Shown: positions 23,393-35,442, counted from the first letter of the stretch. The stretch is 64,000 nucleotides of DNA from a bacterium (GCA_963693055.1 OY843751.1:1824001-1888000); one strand, 5' to 3'. Translations and numbers: made by a program. The notes: generated by a model not told the origin, from the letters alone.

Positions 23393-24396
23393 TGGAAAAG
23401 TTAGAGATGGAAAACGCTGAGAATATTGAAGATAAAATAATTCAGGATGCGAAACGTGTCCTGGAAATAGAATATCAGGCAATAAAAGATATGCGAGACC
23501 GAATAGGTCTTGAATTTGCTCAAGCAGTAAATTTAATTCTGCAATGCAAAGGGCGTGTTATTGTTACTGGAATTGGAAAATCCGGTATCATTGGTAAAAA
23601 AATTGCAGCTACACTCACAAGTACCGGAACATCGGCAATTTTTTTGCACCCTGCCGAAGGCGTGCATGGCGATCTTGGAATGGTTTTAAAAAATGATGTG
23701 GTTATTTGTATTTCCAAGAGCGGCAACACGGGTGAAATTAGCAGGTTGATACCAGTTTTTAAGACGATTGGCGTTCACATTATTACCATGACTGGAAACT
23801 TGCGTTCGGCAATAGCAGAACATAGTGATGTGGTGTTGAATACAAGTGTTCAGGAAGAAGCGTGTCCTAATGATTTGGCACCTACAGCTAGCACAACCGC
23901 AACACTGGCTATGGGAGATGCATTGTCTGTTGCTTTGTTGAAAGAAAGAAACTTTGGTAAAGAAGATTTTGCTTTTTTACATCCCGGAGGTGCTTTGGGA
24001 AGGCAATTGATCAAAACCAAAGAAATAATGTTTGCCAATGATAAAGTACCCAAAGTGGCATTAGACGCATCGTTAAAACAAATTATTTTGGAAATAACAT
24101 CCAAGCGTTTTGGTTGTACGTGTGTTGTTAAAGCCGATGGTAAATTGATCGGCATTATTACTGATGGCGATCTTCGCCGTTTAATGCAGCGAGATGAAGA
24201 ATTACAGCATTTGACAGCTCGTGATATAATGAACAATAATCCCAAGTTTGTTGATGTTGAATGTCTGGCATCCAAAGCACGTCAGCTAATGGAAATGCAT
24301 AATATTATGCAGATGGTTGTAGTCGATAGTGAACTAAAAGTTGTAGGAATGATGCACTTGCACGATTTACTGGAAGCGGGAATTGAAATAGCGTGA
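23389..24396 (+). CDS. kdsD: Arabinose-5-phosphate isomerase (KpsF/GutQ; SIS plus CBS domains)
   Basis: TGIGKSG, HGDLG, EACP..LAPTASTT, HPGG.LG, TDGDLRR. Confidence 0.95.
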   Translation: MMEKLEMENAENIEDKIIQDAKRVLEIEYQAIKDMRDRIGLEFAQAVNLILQCKGRVIVTGIGKSGIIGKKIAATLTSTGTSAIFLHPAEGVHGDLGMVLKNDVVICISKSGNTGEISRLIPVFKTIGVHIITMTGNLRSAIAEHSDVVLNTSVQEEACPNDLAPTASTTATLAMGDALSVALLKERNFGKEDFAFLHPGGALGRQLIKTKEIMFANDKVPKVALDASLKQIILEITSKRFGCTCVVKADGKLIGIITDGDLRRLMQRDEELQHLTARDIMNNNPKFVDVECLASKARQLMEMHNIMQMVVVDSELKVVGMMHLHDLLEAGIEIA

Positions 24397-25301
24397 TAAG
24401 TAAAAAGACAAGAAAAAAAATAAAGAATGATTTAATATATTTTCTAGTTGTTTTTTTCGTCAAACTGTTGCGGAGTATATCGCGAATGCAGGCTATGCGT
24501 TTGATGCGTGGAGCTGCAAGTTTGGGATTCCGTTTTGCAAAGAAAGAACGTGAAAAAACAATTAGGCATCTTTCGTGGGCATTTGAAAATAAAGTACCAG
24601 ATGAAATTGAAAAAATGGCAAAATCCGTGTTTTTGCATTTTGCCATGGCAGCTGTAGATGCTATTCGGATGCCGCTGATTCTAAAAGAGGGAATCAATAA
24701 CTATGTTTCATGTGATCGTCAGGATATTCTTGACCGTCATTTAAATGAAAACCGTGGTGCCATAATTCTTACCGGTCATATTGGAAATTGGGAAATGCTT
24801 GGAGCGTGGATGGCAAACAATGGTTATCCGCTCAAAGTTGTTGGGACCTCTGCTTATGATCCACGTTTGGATGAAATGATTGTAGGTGGTAGAAATATGG
24901 CGGGGTATACGAATATTGCGCGAGGCAAAGGAACGCGAGAGATTATTCGGCATTTACGTGATAAAGGATTTTTAGGTATTCTAATAGATCAGGACACCAA
25001 GGTTGAAGGTGTATTTGTTAATTTTTTTAATCGTCCTGCTCATACTGCTGTAGGGCCTGTAGTTTTGTCACAAAAAACCGGTGTACCTATTGTACCTGCA
25101 TTTGTATATATGACACCGGATTATAAATATAAAATTGATGTTGCGGAACCTTTACAATTGGTAGAAATGGACGATAAAGATAAAGAGATGATAAGGAATA
25201 CGCAAATCTGTTCTGATGAGTATCAGAGAATTATTTCCAGGTATCCTACCCAGTGGGTATGGATGCATGAACGATGGAAAAAACAACCCAAGGATGTATG
25301 A
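24393..25301 (+). CDS. Lipid A late acyltransferase (LpxL/HtrB family)
   Basis: GHIGNWE, LIDQD, FF.RPA, P.QWVWMH.RWK. Confidence 0.88.
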   Translation: MISKKTRKKIKNDLIYFLVVFFVKLLRSISRMQAMRLMRGAASLGFRFAKKEREKTIRHLSWAFENKVPDEIEKMAKSVFLHFAMAAVDAIRMPLILKEGINNYVSCDRQDILDRHLNENRGAIILTGHIGNWEMLGAWMANNGYPLKVVGTSAYDPRLDEMIVGGRNMAGYTNIARGKGTREIIRHLRDKGFLGILIDQDTKVEGVFVNFFNRPAHTAVGPVVLSQKTGVPIVPAFVYMTPDYKYKIDVAEPLQLVEMDDKDKEMIRNTQICSDEYQRIISRYPTQWVWMHERWKKQPKDV

Positions 25302-25969
25302 AACATTATTATATAAAAATTGCACTGATTTTACTTTTTATTTTCTTTTGGGCATGTGAAAAAAAAGATCCGGTAAATGCTGTTGCAAAAGAACAGCAAT
25401 CTATTCCTGATCAGGAGATGTGGAACTTTGAAGTCAAGGTAACCAACCGTGGATTACTGGAAGCGCATTTGCGTTCAGGCCATATGGTATTCTATAGCGA
25501 TGAGAAAAATCCTCAATCTATTTTAAACCAGGGTGTTCTGGTAGATTTTTATGACAAAAATGGAAAAAGGGCATCTACTTTAACCGCAGACAGTGGTATG
25601 TTTAATGAAAAGACCCAGGATGTTAAAGCGTTTAGAAATGTAATTGTAGAATCAGATAGTGGTGTAACCTTGTTTACCGAAGCAATTGAATACGACCAAA
25701 AACGGGAAAAGATTTTTACAGATCTTGATGTGCTAATCACTACGGATAATGGTGATAGTCTGTGGGGACATGGATTTGAGTCTGATCCGCAGATGAATCA
25801 CTGGCAGATTACAAAATTGCGAGGTGTTGCACACAAGGGTGTTGATATGTCCCAGGATTTTTCCAAACCCAGAAAAAAAGAAAAAACTGATTCTGTTCAA
25901 GTGGATTCAGTTGGTTTGGAACCACAATTTATTTCACCTGATAGTAGTGTTTTAAATGATGAATCTTGA
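25298..25969 (+). CDS. lptC: LPS export protein LptC (lipoprotein type)
   Basis: FWAC lipobox; V.FYD..G.....LTAD.G, G.GFESD; kdsD-lptC-lptA-lptB context; start at ATG 25298. Confidence 0.8.
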   Translation: MKHYYIKIALILLFIFFWACEKKDPVNAVAKEQQSIPDQEMWNFEVKVTNRGLLEAHLRSGHMVFYSDEKNPQSILNQGVLVDFYDKNGKRASTLTADSGMFNEKTQDVKAFRNVIVESDSGVTLFTEAIEYDQKREKIFTDLDVLITTDNGDSLWGHGFESDPQMNHWQITKLRGVAHKGVDMSQDFSKPRKKEKTDSVQVDSVGLEPQFISPDSSVLNDES

Positions 25970-27143
25970 TAAATTATTGTTATATTGCTTAATATTGCTT
26001 TTGTTCTTTGTTAATGCTTTTACAGCGGAAGAAACAAATGCCCGTCCTGTGTTAGAAAATGCAGACAGAGGGTACGGAGACTTTGTTAATAATCAACAGG
26101 TATGGAATTTTATTGATAATGTTCGTTTTCGTCAGGATAGTGTTATTATGCTTTGTGACAGAGCTATACGTTATATGGATGAAGAACGAACACTGTTAAT
26201 TGGAAATGTGCAAATATATGATAGTACAAAAACCTTGTATGGTGATCAGGTTGATTATTATGAGCCTCAAAGATTAGCTCTTGTAAAGGGTAATGTTAAA
26301 TTTGTAGACACCACAAAAACTTTTACTTCAGATTTTCTGAAATATTTTCAGGATTCAGAAATTTTAATTGCAGATTCTAATGTTGTAATCTCGGATAATG
26401 TTGAAAACAGTTCTCTCACGGGTGATCATGTGGAATATCATCGTGAAGATGGATATGCCAAGTTGCTGGGTGACCCTGTTTTTACCCGAGTAGATACAGT
26501 TGAAGATACCGAATTGCTGATAGCTGGTGTTTTTATGGAGATGTTTAATGATGGAGACAGTATTCTGGTTAAGGAGAATGTTTCTATTCATCAGGGTGAA
26601 ATTTCTGCATTCGGAGATTCACTCAAATATCTCAATGACGCACAAAAAGTTGTATTGGAATCTTTCCCTTATGCCTTTGAAAATGAGGATAAATTAACAG
26701 GTGAAGCTATTCATTTGTATCTTGTTGAAAACAAGGTAAGACGTATTCATGTTATTGGAAACGCAATTGTTACAACTAAGGTAGATACACCTGTTGTTAC
26801 AACAATTCCATATAATTTGTTGACTGGAGATGAAATTTGGGTTAAATTAAAAGAGCAAAAAATTGATTCGGTCAATATTCTTGGTAAAGCCACAAGCTAT
26901 TATCACATTATTGAAGATAATGCGGAAAAGGGAATAAATAAAATATTATGTGACGAATTGTTGATCTTGTTTGCTGACAATATGGTAAATAAAGTTTATG
27001 GATCCAGCACGCCGGGAATGTCAACAGGGCAGTTTTCACCACCCGGAAACAAGAAAAAGCTGGAACAGGAATTGCGTGAAATGCTGCAAAAGCTGGAAAT
27101 GATAGAAAATAAAGAATCGGAATCGGATGGAACCAATCAGTAA
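25956..27143 (+). CDS. OstA/LptA-like beta-jellyroll protein
   Basis: Signal peptide; repeated NV.F/I.D....L.GD...Y units; lies between lptC and lptB. Confidence 0.75.
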   Translation: MMNLDKLLLYCLILLLFFVNAFTAEETNARPVLENADRGYGDFVNNQQVWNFIDNVRFRQDSVIMLCDRAIRYMDEERTLLIGNVQIYDSTKTLYGDQVDYYEPQRLALVKGNVKFVDTTKTFTSDFLKYFQDSEILIADSNVVISDNVENSSLTGDHVEYHREDGYAKLLGDPVFTRVDTVEDTELLIAGVFMEMFNDGDSILVKENVSIHQGEISAFGDSLKYLNDAQKVVLESFPYAFENEDKLTGEAIHLYLVENKVRRIHVIGNAIVTTKVDTPVVTTIPYNLLTGDEIWVKLKEQKIDSVNILGKATSYYHIIEDNAEKGINKILCDELLILFADNMVNKVYGSSTPGMSTGQFSPPGNKKKLEQELREMLQKLEMIENKESESDGTNQ

Positions 27144-27879
27144 TCATAGCATGGCAATTTTAAGATCAAAGGATCTTGTGAAAAATTATGGAAAGCGCCG
27201 TGTAGTTAACAAAGTCAGTATAGAAATCAAAGAAGGTGAAATTGTAGGATTGTTGGGTCCAAACGGGGCAGGCAAAACCACTACCTTTTATATGCTGGTG
27301 GGTATGATACGTCCGAACAGTGGTAATATATTTCTATCTGATAATGATATTACCAAACTACCCATGTATAAAAGGGCCAGGCGCGGTGTTTCTTATTTAC
27401 CACAAGAAGCATCAGTCTTCAGACGTTTGACTGTAGAACAAAATATAATGGCAATACTTCAATCGCTGCGCTTATCCCGGGCTGAACAGGTTCAGAGAGC
27501 ACAGTCTTTGATGAACGAATTACGAATATCTCACCTCAGGAACAACCTGGCATACACACTGTCAGGAGGTGAACGTAGAAGAGTAGAAATCAGCAGGGCG
27601 CTGGCAACGAATCCACGATTTATTTTGTTGGACGAGCCATTTGCAGGAGTGGATCCCATTGCTGTAGAAGATATACAGCAAATTGTTGCACAATTGAAAA
27701 GTAAAGGAATAGGTGTTTTGATTACTGATCACAATGTGCACGAGACACTGTCTATTACGGATCGCGCTTATCTCTTGTTTGAGGGCAATGTTCTAAAATC
27801 CGGTACGGCTGAATTTTTAGCCAACGATGAAGAAGCCCGAAAATTCTATCTTGGAGATAGTTTTAAATTAGATCGATAA
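27127..27879 (+). CDS. lptB: LPS export ABC ATPase
   Basis: [34 protein letters not shown]; the true start may be 27151. Confidence 0.97.
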   Translation: MEPISNHSMAILRSKDLVKNYGKRRVVNKVSIEIKEGEIVGLLGPNGAGKTTTFYMLVGMIRPNSGNIFLSDNDITKLPMYKRARRGVSYLPQEASVFRRLTVEQNIMAILQSLRLSRAEQVQRAQSLMNELRISHLRNNLAYTLSGGERRRVEISRALATNPRFILLDEPFAGVDPIAVEDIQQIVAQLKSKGIGVLITDHNVHETLSITDRAYLLFEGNVLKSGTAEFLANDEEARKFYLGDSFKLDR

Positions 27880-27952
27880 TTACTAAATAAATTGTTATTT
27901 TATAATGTTTATAAAAAGACATATCAAAAGAATGAGGAATTTATATTAAGGA

Positions 27953-29389
27953 ATGGTACGGTTAGGTCAACATCTTAGTTTGCAAATGAAGCAATCACCG
28001 CAACAGGTTCTGTTGTCATCCTTGCTTCAATTGCCAATCATCAGTCTTGAACAACGAATCACTACAGAGCTAGAGTTGAATCCTCTCTTGGAAATTGATG
28101 CAGAACAAGAGATGGAACAAGAACTGGATGAAATAGATCATGATACGGATAATGACAATGATGAAGAAGATGATGAACCTTTAAAAGAGGTCGAGGTGGA
28201 AAATGATAAAGATACTGAAGAAATTGATTGGGATGAGATCCTGAACGATGAAGACAGTTATGAAGTGCATTTTCCCAAAGAAAAGGATTCTGAAGAATTT
28301 GAGAGACCTGAGGTTTATCGTGAAACACTGACAGATCACTTGATTAGTCAGTTGAATATGTCAACTTTGGAACCAGCAGAGATTACTATTGGTGAATACA
28401 TTATATGGAATATCAATAATGTAGGGTATCTGACAATAGATGTTGAAACCATTGCAGAAAATTTAGAAGAGGATATTGATACAATTGATATCATTCTAAG
28501 TACTATTCAATCATTTGATCCACCGGGGATTGGTGCAAGAAATTTACAGGAATGTTTATTAATTCAATTATACCAACAAAGACCCCAACACGAGCTTGCT
28601 ATAATGGCAGTACGTGATAATTTTGATGATTTTAAAAACAAGCGCTATGAAAAATTAGCAAAAATGTTAGAGATTGATCTTGAAGAAGTCAAAGATATTA
28701 TAGATCATATTATTAAATTGAATCCCAAACCAGGCGAAGGTTACCTGACTTTTGAAAACCATTATATCGTTCCGGATTTGGAAGTAAAAAAAGAAGATGA
28801 TGAATTTAAAATATCAATGCATGACTGGAACATTCCCCATCTTCGTATTAATAATGAATATCGTAAAATGATGCTTGACCGTAAAAAGTCAAACAAGGAA
28901 ACACGCGATTTTATTAGACAGCGTTTAGAGTCTGCCCGCTGGTTGATTAATTCTATACACCAGCGACGTATGACTATAATACGTACTGTTGAAGCCATTA
29001 TTGAAAAACAGCATGATTTTTTTGAGTTTGGCCCCGAGTACTTGAAACCCATGATATTAAAGGATATTGCAGAAGAAATCAGTATGGATATTTCTACAAT
29101 CAGCCGTGTTACAAATGGAAAATATCTGCAAACAGAGTGGGGCGTATTTGAATTAAAATCCTTTTTCAGTGAAAAATATACCACTGATGATGGAGAAGAT
29201 GTTTCAAATAAAAAGATCAAAGCCTTTATTAAAAATATTGTGGAAAAAGAACCACCCAACAAGCCTTATAATGATCAAAAGATTTCAGAAATGCTTAAAA
29301 AAGAAGGCTTTCCGGTTGCCAGAAGAACTGTTGCTAAATACAGAGAACAGATGTCCATTCCTGTTTCTCGGTTACGCCGTAAAATTTAA
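27953..29389 (+). CDS. rpoN: RNA polymerase sigma-54 factor
   Basis: LLQLP, NPLLE, STISRV, RpoN box ARRTVAKYRE. Confidence 0.97.
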   Translation: MVRLGQHLSLQMKQSPQQVLLSSLLQLPIISLEQRITTELELNPLLEIDAEQEMEQELDEIDHDTDNDNDEEDDEPLKEVEVENDKDTEEIDWDEILNDEDSYEVHFPKEKDSEEFERPEVYRETLTDHLISQLNMSTLEPAEITIGEYIIWNINNVGYLTIDVETIAENLEEDIDTIDIILSTIQSFDPPGIGARNLQECLLIQLYQQRPQHELAIMAVRDNFDDFKNKRYEKLAKMLEIDLEEVKDIIDHIIKLNPKPGEGYLTFENHYIVPDLEVKKEDDEFKISMHDWNIPHLRINNEYRKMMLDRKKSNKETRDFIRQRLESARWLINSIHQRRMTIIRTVEAIIEKQHDFFEFGPEYLKPMILKDIAEEISMDISTISRVTNGKYLQTEWGVFELKSFFSEKYTTDDGEDVSNKKIKAFIKNIVEKEPPNKPYNDQKISEMLKKEGFPVARRTVAKYREQMSIPVSRLRRKI

Positions 29390-29401
29390 TTCAAGGAACC
29401 T

Positions 29402-29947
29402 ATGCATAATCCACAACAAATTTACGCAACAACAGTCATCGGGCTGATCCACAAAAATAAAGCCGTATTGGCGGGAGATGGACAGGTTACCTACGGTGAT
29501 CTGGTTTTAAAAGCCAATGCTCGCAAAGTGCGAAGACTGTACAATGATCAGATTTTGGCGGGTTTTGCCGGAGCCGCAGCAGATGCCTTTACCCTTTTCG
29601 AACGCTTTGAAGCGCGTCTTGAAGAGTATAATGGAAATCTTGGTCGTTCCGCTGTAGAACTTGCCAAAGATTGGCGTGCTGACAGATATTTACGTCGTCT
29701 CGATGCTCAGCTGGCTGTACTTGATAAAGAACGTATATTTTTAATCTCTGGTACTGGTGACGTGATTGAACCGGATGATAATATAATAGCAATTGGTTCT
29801 GGTGGACCTTTTGCTCTTGTTGCCGCAAGAGCTCTGCTTTCGCATTCCAAGCTTGATGCGGTACAAATTGCCAAAGAATCTATGGAACTTACCGCACAGG
29901 TTTGCATTTATACAAATAACAATCTCACCATCGAAGTGCTGGATTAA
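29402..29947 (+). CDS. hslV: ATP-dependent protease peptidase subunit HslV
   Basis: Short propeptide then [22 protein letters not shown]. Confidence 0.95.
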   Translation: MHNPQQIYATTVIGLIHKNKAVLAGDGQVTYGDLVLKANARKVRRLYNDQILAGFAGAAADAFTLFERFEARLEEYNGNLGRSAVELAKDWRADRYLRRLDAQLAVLDKERIFLISGTGDVIEPDDNIIAIGSGGPFALVAARALLSHSKLDAVQIAKESMELTAQVCIYTNNNLTIEVLD

Positions 29948-29992
29948 TTATACGTTTCCATAACATTATTTGTATTCTTACGGGAAACTACA

Positions 29993-31336
29993 TTGCATAT
30001 GACTCCTAATGAAATTGTTAAAAAGCTTGATAAATATATTATTGGTCAGGATGATGCTAAAAAATCTGTCGCAATAGCGTTGAGAAATCGTTGGCGCAGA
30101 CAACAGGTACCTGAGGAATTGCGTGAAGAGATCATGCCCAATAATATTATCCTTATTGGACCTACAGGAGTAGGGAAAACCGAATTAGCCCGTCGTTTGG
30201 CCAAATTAGACAATGCTCCCTTTATCAAGGTAGAAGCCTCAAAATTTACCGAAGTGGGATATGTTGGCCGGGATGTTGAGTCTATCATTCGGGATCTGGT
30301 AGACCTTGCCGTCAGTATGGTAAAAAGTGAATATACTGAAAAAGTGCAAGACAAAGCCTATGAAATGGCTCTTGATAGAATGGTAGAAATTCTCTTACCC
30401 GCACCAGATGCTCTTGATTTAAATATTGATCTGGCAGATATTGATCCTGTTAAAGAAGATCTGGAAATGCAGGACAAGCTTTATAATCAGCTAATTAATG
30501 GTGAACTTGATGACAAGATTGTAGAGCTTGAAACACAAAGTGATACTTCACCCTTGATGCAGATTATTTCTCCCATTGGTATTGAAGAAATGGGATTAAA
30601 TATTCAAGACTTGTTGGGTCCTATGATGCCGCAAAAGACCCAAAAGCGTAAAGTTAAGGTTTATGAAGCTCTGGTGCATTTGCAGCAGGAAGAGGCAAGT
30701 AAACTGATTGATATGGAAGAAGTTATCCGGGATGCTATTTTCAGGGTGGAAGAAACAGGTATAGTATTCCTGGATGAAATTGATAAAATCGCCGAAGATG
30801 AAGAAGGTGGTCCTGATGTTTCACGAGAAGGTGTACAAAGAGATTTGCTTCCGGTTATTGAAGGCACAAATGTTATTACAAAATATGGTATGGTAAAATC
30901 GGATCATATTTTGTTTATCGCTTCTGGTGCGTTTCATGTTTCAAAACCTTCCGATCTGATACCCGAATTGCAGGGACGTTTTCCCATACGTGTTGAACTC
31001 AATAGTTTGACTGCTGAAGACTTTGAACGAATATTGACAGAGCCCAATAATGCTTTGATTAAACAATATACAGCATTGATTGCAACTGAAAATGTTAAAA
31101 TAAAATTTACCCGAGGTGCCATTAAGGAAATTGCCAGAATAGCTTATGAAGTCAATATGGATGCTGAGAATATTGGTGCACGCCGCTTACATACAATAAT
31201 GAGCTTGCTGTTGGAAGATTGCTTGTTTGACTTGCCCAACACTGAAATTGAACTCATTAATGTTGACAAGAAAATGGTACAGGGAAAACTTGAAAAAGTT
31301 ATTTTAAATGAAGATTTAAGCCAATACATTTTGTAA
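29993..31336 (+). CDS. hslU: ATP-dependent protease ATPase subunit HslU
   Basis: [33 protein letters not shown]. Confidence 0.97.
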   Translation: MHMTPNEIVKKLDKYIIGQDDAKKSVAIALRNRWRRQQVPEELREEIMPNNIILIGPTGVGKTELARRLAKLDNAPFIKVEASKFTEVGYVGRDVESIIRDLVDLAVSMVKSEYTEKVQDKAYEMALDRMVEILLPAPDALDLNIDLADIDPVKEDLEMQDKLYNQLINGELDDKIVELETQSDTSPLMQIISPIGIEEMGLNIQDLLGPMMPQKTQKRKVKVYEALVHLQQEEASKLIDMEEVIRDAIFRVEETGIVFLDEIDKIAEDEEGGPDVSREGVQRDLLPVIEGTNVITKYGMVKSDHILFIASGAFHVSKPSDLIPELQGRFPIRVELNSLTAEDFERILTEPNNALIKQYTALIATENVKIKFTRGAIKEIARIAYEVNMDAENIGARRLHTIMSLLLEDCLFDLPNTEIELINVDKKMVQGKLEKVILNEDLSQYIL

Positions 31337-31346
31337 GGGAACTGCC

Positions 31347-32264
31347 ATGAAAAAAGATTTTTTACTAATTACAGATCTTGTTACTGATGAGATTTATGAA
31401 CTGTTTGATCTTGCAAAAGAACTTAAAGCAAAGACCAAAGCGCGTCAGGAACATCACATTTTAAAGGGACAAACATTGGCAATGTTGTTCCAAAAACCTT
31501 CAACCCGTACCCGTGTTTCCTTTGAAGTGGGCATGTACCAGCTTGGCGGTCATGCATTGTATCTTAGTCCCGCTGAAGTTGGTTTGGGCAAGCGTGAATC
31601 TGTTGCAGATGTTGCACGTGTTTTGTCACGTTTTAACGATGGCATAATGGCGCGTGTATTTGGTCATGAAATTGTGGATGAGTTGGCTGAATATGCCAGT
31701 GTACCTGTAATTAATGGATTGTCTGACCTGGCACATCCCTGTCAAATATTGGGTGATATGTTGACCGTTATTGAACACAAGGGTAAAACAGAAAATTTGA
31801 AAATCGCTTATATAGGCGATGGCAATAATGTTACCAATTCATGGATTAATTTGGCTTCCAGAATTCCTATGCAATTGTATGTAGGTTGTCCCGAAGGTTA
31901 TGAACCTAATGCGGATTTAATAAAAGCAGCCGAAGCTGAGGGACTTAGTGAAATTGTGGTTACCAATGATCCGGTTAAAGCGGTTGAAAAAGCAGATGTA
32001 GTGTATACGGATGTTTGGGCAAGTATGGGACAGGAAGAAGAGGCCGAAGCACGGAAAAAGATCTTTAAGCCTTTTCAGGTAAACACAGATCTTGTATCGC
32101 ATGCTGCTGACGATTCTCTGGTATTGCATTGTTTACCAGCACATAGAGGTGATGAAATTACTGATGACATAATGGATGGATCGCACTCGGTTGTTTTTGA
32201 TGAGGCTGAAAATCGACTGCATATACAAAAAGCCATTATGGTTCAATTGATGAAAGATAAATAA
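31347..32264 (+). CDS. argF: Ornithine carbamoyltransferase
   Basis: STRTR, HPCQ, W.SMG, HCLP, AENRLH. Confidence 0.95.
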   Translation: MKKDFLLITDLVTDEIYELFDLAKELKAKTKARQEHHILKGQTLAMLFQKPSTRTRVSFEVGMYQLGGHALYLSPAEVGLGKRESVADVARVLSRFNDGIMARVFGHEIVDELAEYASVPVINGLSDLAHPCQILGDMLTVIEHKGKTENLKIAYIGDGNNVTNSWINLASRIPMQLYVGCPEGYEPNADLIKAAEAEGLSEIVVTNDPVKAVEKADVVYTDVWASMGQEEEAEARKKIFKPFQVNTDLVSHAADDSLVLHCLPAHRGDEITDDIMDGSHSVVFDEAENRLHIQKAIMVQLMKDK

Positions 32265-32275
32265 GGGGATCTGGC

Positions 32276-33253
32276 TTGGCACTGGAAATTGTTCGCTTTA
32301 CACAGTCTGATAGGGAAGCATGGGAAGAATTCGCATGGTCTTCAAACAATGGTACAATTTTTCATACACGCCAGTTTTTATCTTATCATCCCAAAGACAG
32401 GTTTGTTGATCATTCTTTGATTTTTTTCAAAGATGGTAAACGAATTGCTCAATTGCCTGCCGTAGATTTTAAAGAGGGTGATAAGCGCATTTTGATTTCT
32501 CACCGCGGTGCATCTTATGGTGGATTTATTTGCAAAGATACCTTGTCTATTAAAGATTCTTTTACTATGGTCAAGGCACTTGTTGAATATCTAAAGTCAG
32601 AAAAATTTGATGGCGTAGATATTACCCCTGTTCCCCAGGTTTATATGCGTAGACCCAGTAATTATATTGATTTTGCCATGATTCAGAATGGATTTAATTA
32701 CCGTAAACGGGAGATCTCGAGCGTTATTCCCCTGGATTTTAGTAGAGAACAGATTTTAGCAACCTTTAATGAAGGTTCCAGACGTGCAGTTAGAAGGGCC
32801 TGGAAGCAGGGAACTGTTGTGAGAGAATCTGATGATTATGCAGCGTTTTACAAAATTCTTGAAAAGAATTTGAGATTGCGACATGATGTTACACCTACTC
32901 ACACTTTGCAGGAATTGGAATTGCTGAAATCTATGTTTCCTCAGCGTATTAAACTTTTTGCAGCCTATCATGATGATATTATGGTGGCAGGTGTTGTAAT
33001 GTTTATTTGTAACCCCCAGGTTGTACTTGCGTTTTACATAAGTCACAATGAAGATTATCAGCAATTCAGGGGTGTGAACTTGTTGTTCCATGATATTATT
33101 CAATGGGGAATTGCTGAAAAATACAACTTTTTAGATTATGGTATTTTTACCGTGAATGAAGACCCAAATTGGGGACTAGCACGTTTTAAAGAGAGTTTTG
33201 GTGCCCAGGGTGTGTTTAGAGACAGTTTACGATTGATGCTGGGTAATTCATAA
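32276..33253 (+). CDS. GNAT/FemAB-like acyltransferase
   Basis: NGTIFH...FLSYH, YGG, RRAVRRA...G, GL..FKESFG. Confidence 0.75.
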   Translation: MALEIVRFTQSDREAWEEFAWSSNNGTIFHTRQFLSYHPKDRFVDHSLIFFKDGKRIAQLPAVDFKEGDKRILISHRGASYGGFICKDTLSIKDSFTMVKALVEYLKSEKFDGVDITPVPQVYMRRPSNYIDFAMIQNGFNYRKREISSVIPLDFSREQILATFNEGSRRAVRRAWKQGTVVRESDDYAAFYKILEKNLRLRHDVTPTHTLQELELLKSMFPQRIKLFAAYHDDIMVAGVVMFICNPQVVLAFYISHNEDYQQFRGVNLLFHDIIQWGIAEKYNFLDYGIFTVNEDPNWGLARFKESFGAQGVFRDSLRLMLGNS

Positions 33254-33255
33254 TA

Positions 33256-34332
33256 ATGGCTGTTACAAAAATTTTACATATTGCTCCTTCCAATACTTCG
33301 GGTGTTCCCGGACAACTCGTACTTACAGAAAGACGCATGGGATATGACAGCAGGTTGGTGACACTTTTTCATGACAAACGCAAGTATTATGAAGATATTT
33401 GCCTACATCTTCCATTCATTGATTTTTGGGGAACAAAGCTTTTAAAGAAACTTGTATCCAATCCCGATAAAATTGTTGTTGATAATGTATTAAAGATCCC
33501 GGAGAAAATACCTGTTCAATGGAAACCCCATTCTCTTGCGGAAAAAGCATTGACAAGTATTCGTGATATGCTTTGGAAGACCAAAGTTGAAGCTACTATA
33601 ACAAAGTATAATCTTTTAGATTTTGATGTTGTTCAACTGGATGGTGGATTAGATTTTTATCGGCATTCCGGATTTGTTAAAAAAATGAAGTCTAATGGTA
33701 AAAAAATTATATGCTTATATACAGGCAGCGATTTGCGTACACGTGGCGTGATCCCTGCTGTAGAGCGAATATCTGATTATAATTTTACAGTAGAGTATGA
33801 TCATATGCAGCTGCATCCAAATATAAAACATGTTTTTTTTCCGTTCGATGCAGGGCAGTTTAAAACCAACAGACCGAAAAATGCCAAGATCCGGATTGGC
33901 CACGCTCCTACCAATCGACGCGCAAAAGGCAGCGATATCATTGTACCCATTCTTCGCAAGTTGGCCTATTCTCATAATATAGAACCGGTTATTATTCAAA
34001 ACTTGCCTTATACCTTTGCTATGGAAACCAAGCAGACTTGTGATATTTTTATTGATCAAATTGGTGATCTGGGCTATGGTATTAATTCTTTGGAAGCATT
34101 AGCAATGGGAATTCCCTGTTGTTCTTGTCTTGCAAAAGGATTTGCGGAAGCGTATCCGGATCATCCGTTTGTAGAAATAGATGCTAATAATCTTGAAGAA
34201 AAGCTGATTGATTTGATAAATGATACGGAAAAGCGTACAGAGTTTGGTATTAAAGGGCGTGAATGGGTTGAAAAATACCATGATGCAAAAAATATTGTAA
34301 AGCAGATCCATGACCTTGCCGGAATTGAGTGA
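33256..34332 (+). CDS. Glycosyltransferase (GT4-like)
   Basis: HAPT....KGS, DIFIDQ...GYG...LEALAMG.P. Confidence 0.75.
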   Translation: MAVTKILHIAPSNTSGVPGQLVLTERRMGYDSRLVTLFHDKRKYYEDICLHLPFIDFWGTKLLKKLVSNPDKIVVDNVLKIPEKIPVQWKPHSLAEKALTSIRDMLWKTKVEATITKYNLLDFDVVQLDGGLDFYRHSGFVKKMKSNGKKIICLYTGSDLRTRGVIPAVERISDYNFTVEYDHMQLHPNIKHVFFPFDAGQFKTNRPKNAKIRIGHAPTNRRAKGSDIIVPILRKLAYSHNIEPVIIQNLPYTFAMETKQTCDIFIDQIGDLGYGINSLEALAMGIPCCSCLAKGFAEAYPDHPFVEIDANNLEEKLIDLINDTEKRTEFGIKGREWVEKYHDAKNIVKQIHDLAGIE

Positions 34333-35429
34333 TTATGAACATTCTTTTTGTTAATAGTATACAAATGTTTGGTGGCGGGGAAATGTGGATGCTGCGGACT
34401 TTGAACGGTTTGCGCAAAAGAGGACATAACGTCCATCTAATTTGCAGGCCGGACACTGAACTAGAAAAAAGAGCCATTGAACAAGCTATACCTGTCTATA
34501 GTTTCAAGATCAGAGGAGATTTTGGCCCAATTTCTATATTCCGGACCTGGAGATATATCAAACGAAATAATATCGATGTAATGCTTGCGAATATGGATAA
34601 AGAATTGCGATTCGCGGGAACTGCTGCTAAATTAGCTGGCAATTGTGCCGTAATACCCAGACGCGGTAGTGATTATCCTTTAAAAGATAAAATACAATAC
34701 AAATTTTCATATTTAACACTTGCTGACCTGGTGATAGCCAATTCTGATGCTACCAAGCAAACACTTTTGCGCAATGCACCCTGGTTACCGGCAAAAAAGA
34801 TCAATATCCTTTATAATGGTATTGATCCACAAAATTTTATGACACCTGCTGAAACAGATCTTCGCATGGAGTGGAATATACCCCGTGATGAATTTGTCTT
34901 TGGATTTGTAGGGCAACTTGTAAAGCGTAAAGGTTTTGATACAATATTACCGGCATTTGCTGAACTTGCCCGTGATCGTCAGGTTCACCTGGTTCTGGTT
35001 GGTGAAGGAGAATTGCAGCAGGATATTGATGATTTTATAAAATTAAACGGCCTCGAAAATAAACTGCATAGGGTAGGATTTCGTAAAGATGTTGAAAATG
35101 TTATGAAAGCCATAGATTGCCTTCTTTTGCCATCAATTCTAGAAGGCTTTGGTATTGTTTTAATTGAAGCTATGGCTGCCGGCAAACCCGCTATTACTAC
35201 AAATGTAAGTTCAATGCCTGAGATTGTAGTACATAACCAAACAGGTCTTGTCTTACCGGTAAATGATAAAGATGCATTGCTCGAAGGTATGAAATATCTT
35301 TATGATAACCCGGATATTGTGAAACAATGGGGAGAAAACGGCCGTAATCATGTATTAAATAAATTTACTTTGGATTTAATGCTAGACCGGTTAGAGCACC
35401 TCATAAAGCTTGCCATGGACCCTAAATAA
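34329..35429 (+). CDS. Glycosyltransferase family 4
   Basis: GGGE, YNGID, GQL..RKG, PS..EGFG.VLIEAMAAG. Confidence 0.9.
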   Translation: MIMNILFVNSIQMFGGGEMWMLRTLNGLRKRGHNVHLICRPDTELEKRAIEQAIPVYSFKIRGDFGPISIFRTWRYIKRNNIDVMLANMDKELRFAGTAAKLAGNCAVIPRRGSDYPLKDKIQYKFSYLTLADLVIANSDATKQTLLRNAPWLPAKKINILYNGIDPQNFMTPAETDLRMEWNIPRDEFVFGFVGQLVKRKGFDTILPAFAELARDRQVHLVLVGEGELQQDIDDFIKLNGLENKLHRVGFRKDVENVMKAIDCLLLPSILEGFGIVLIEAMAAGKPAITTNVSSMPEIVVHNQTGLVLPVNDKDALLEGMKYLYDNPDIVKQWGENGRNHVLNKFTLDLMLDRLEHLIKLAMDPK

Positions 35430-35442
35430 TAAGGAAGTAATT

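Noticed and set aside
29402-29430. N-terminal extension before the catalytic Thr of HslV
   Set aside because: Short propeptides are known in many HslV proteins
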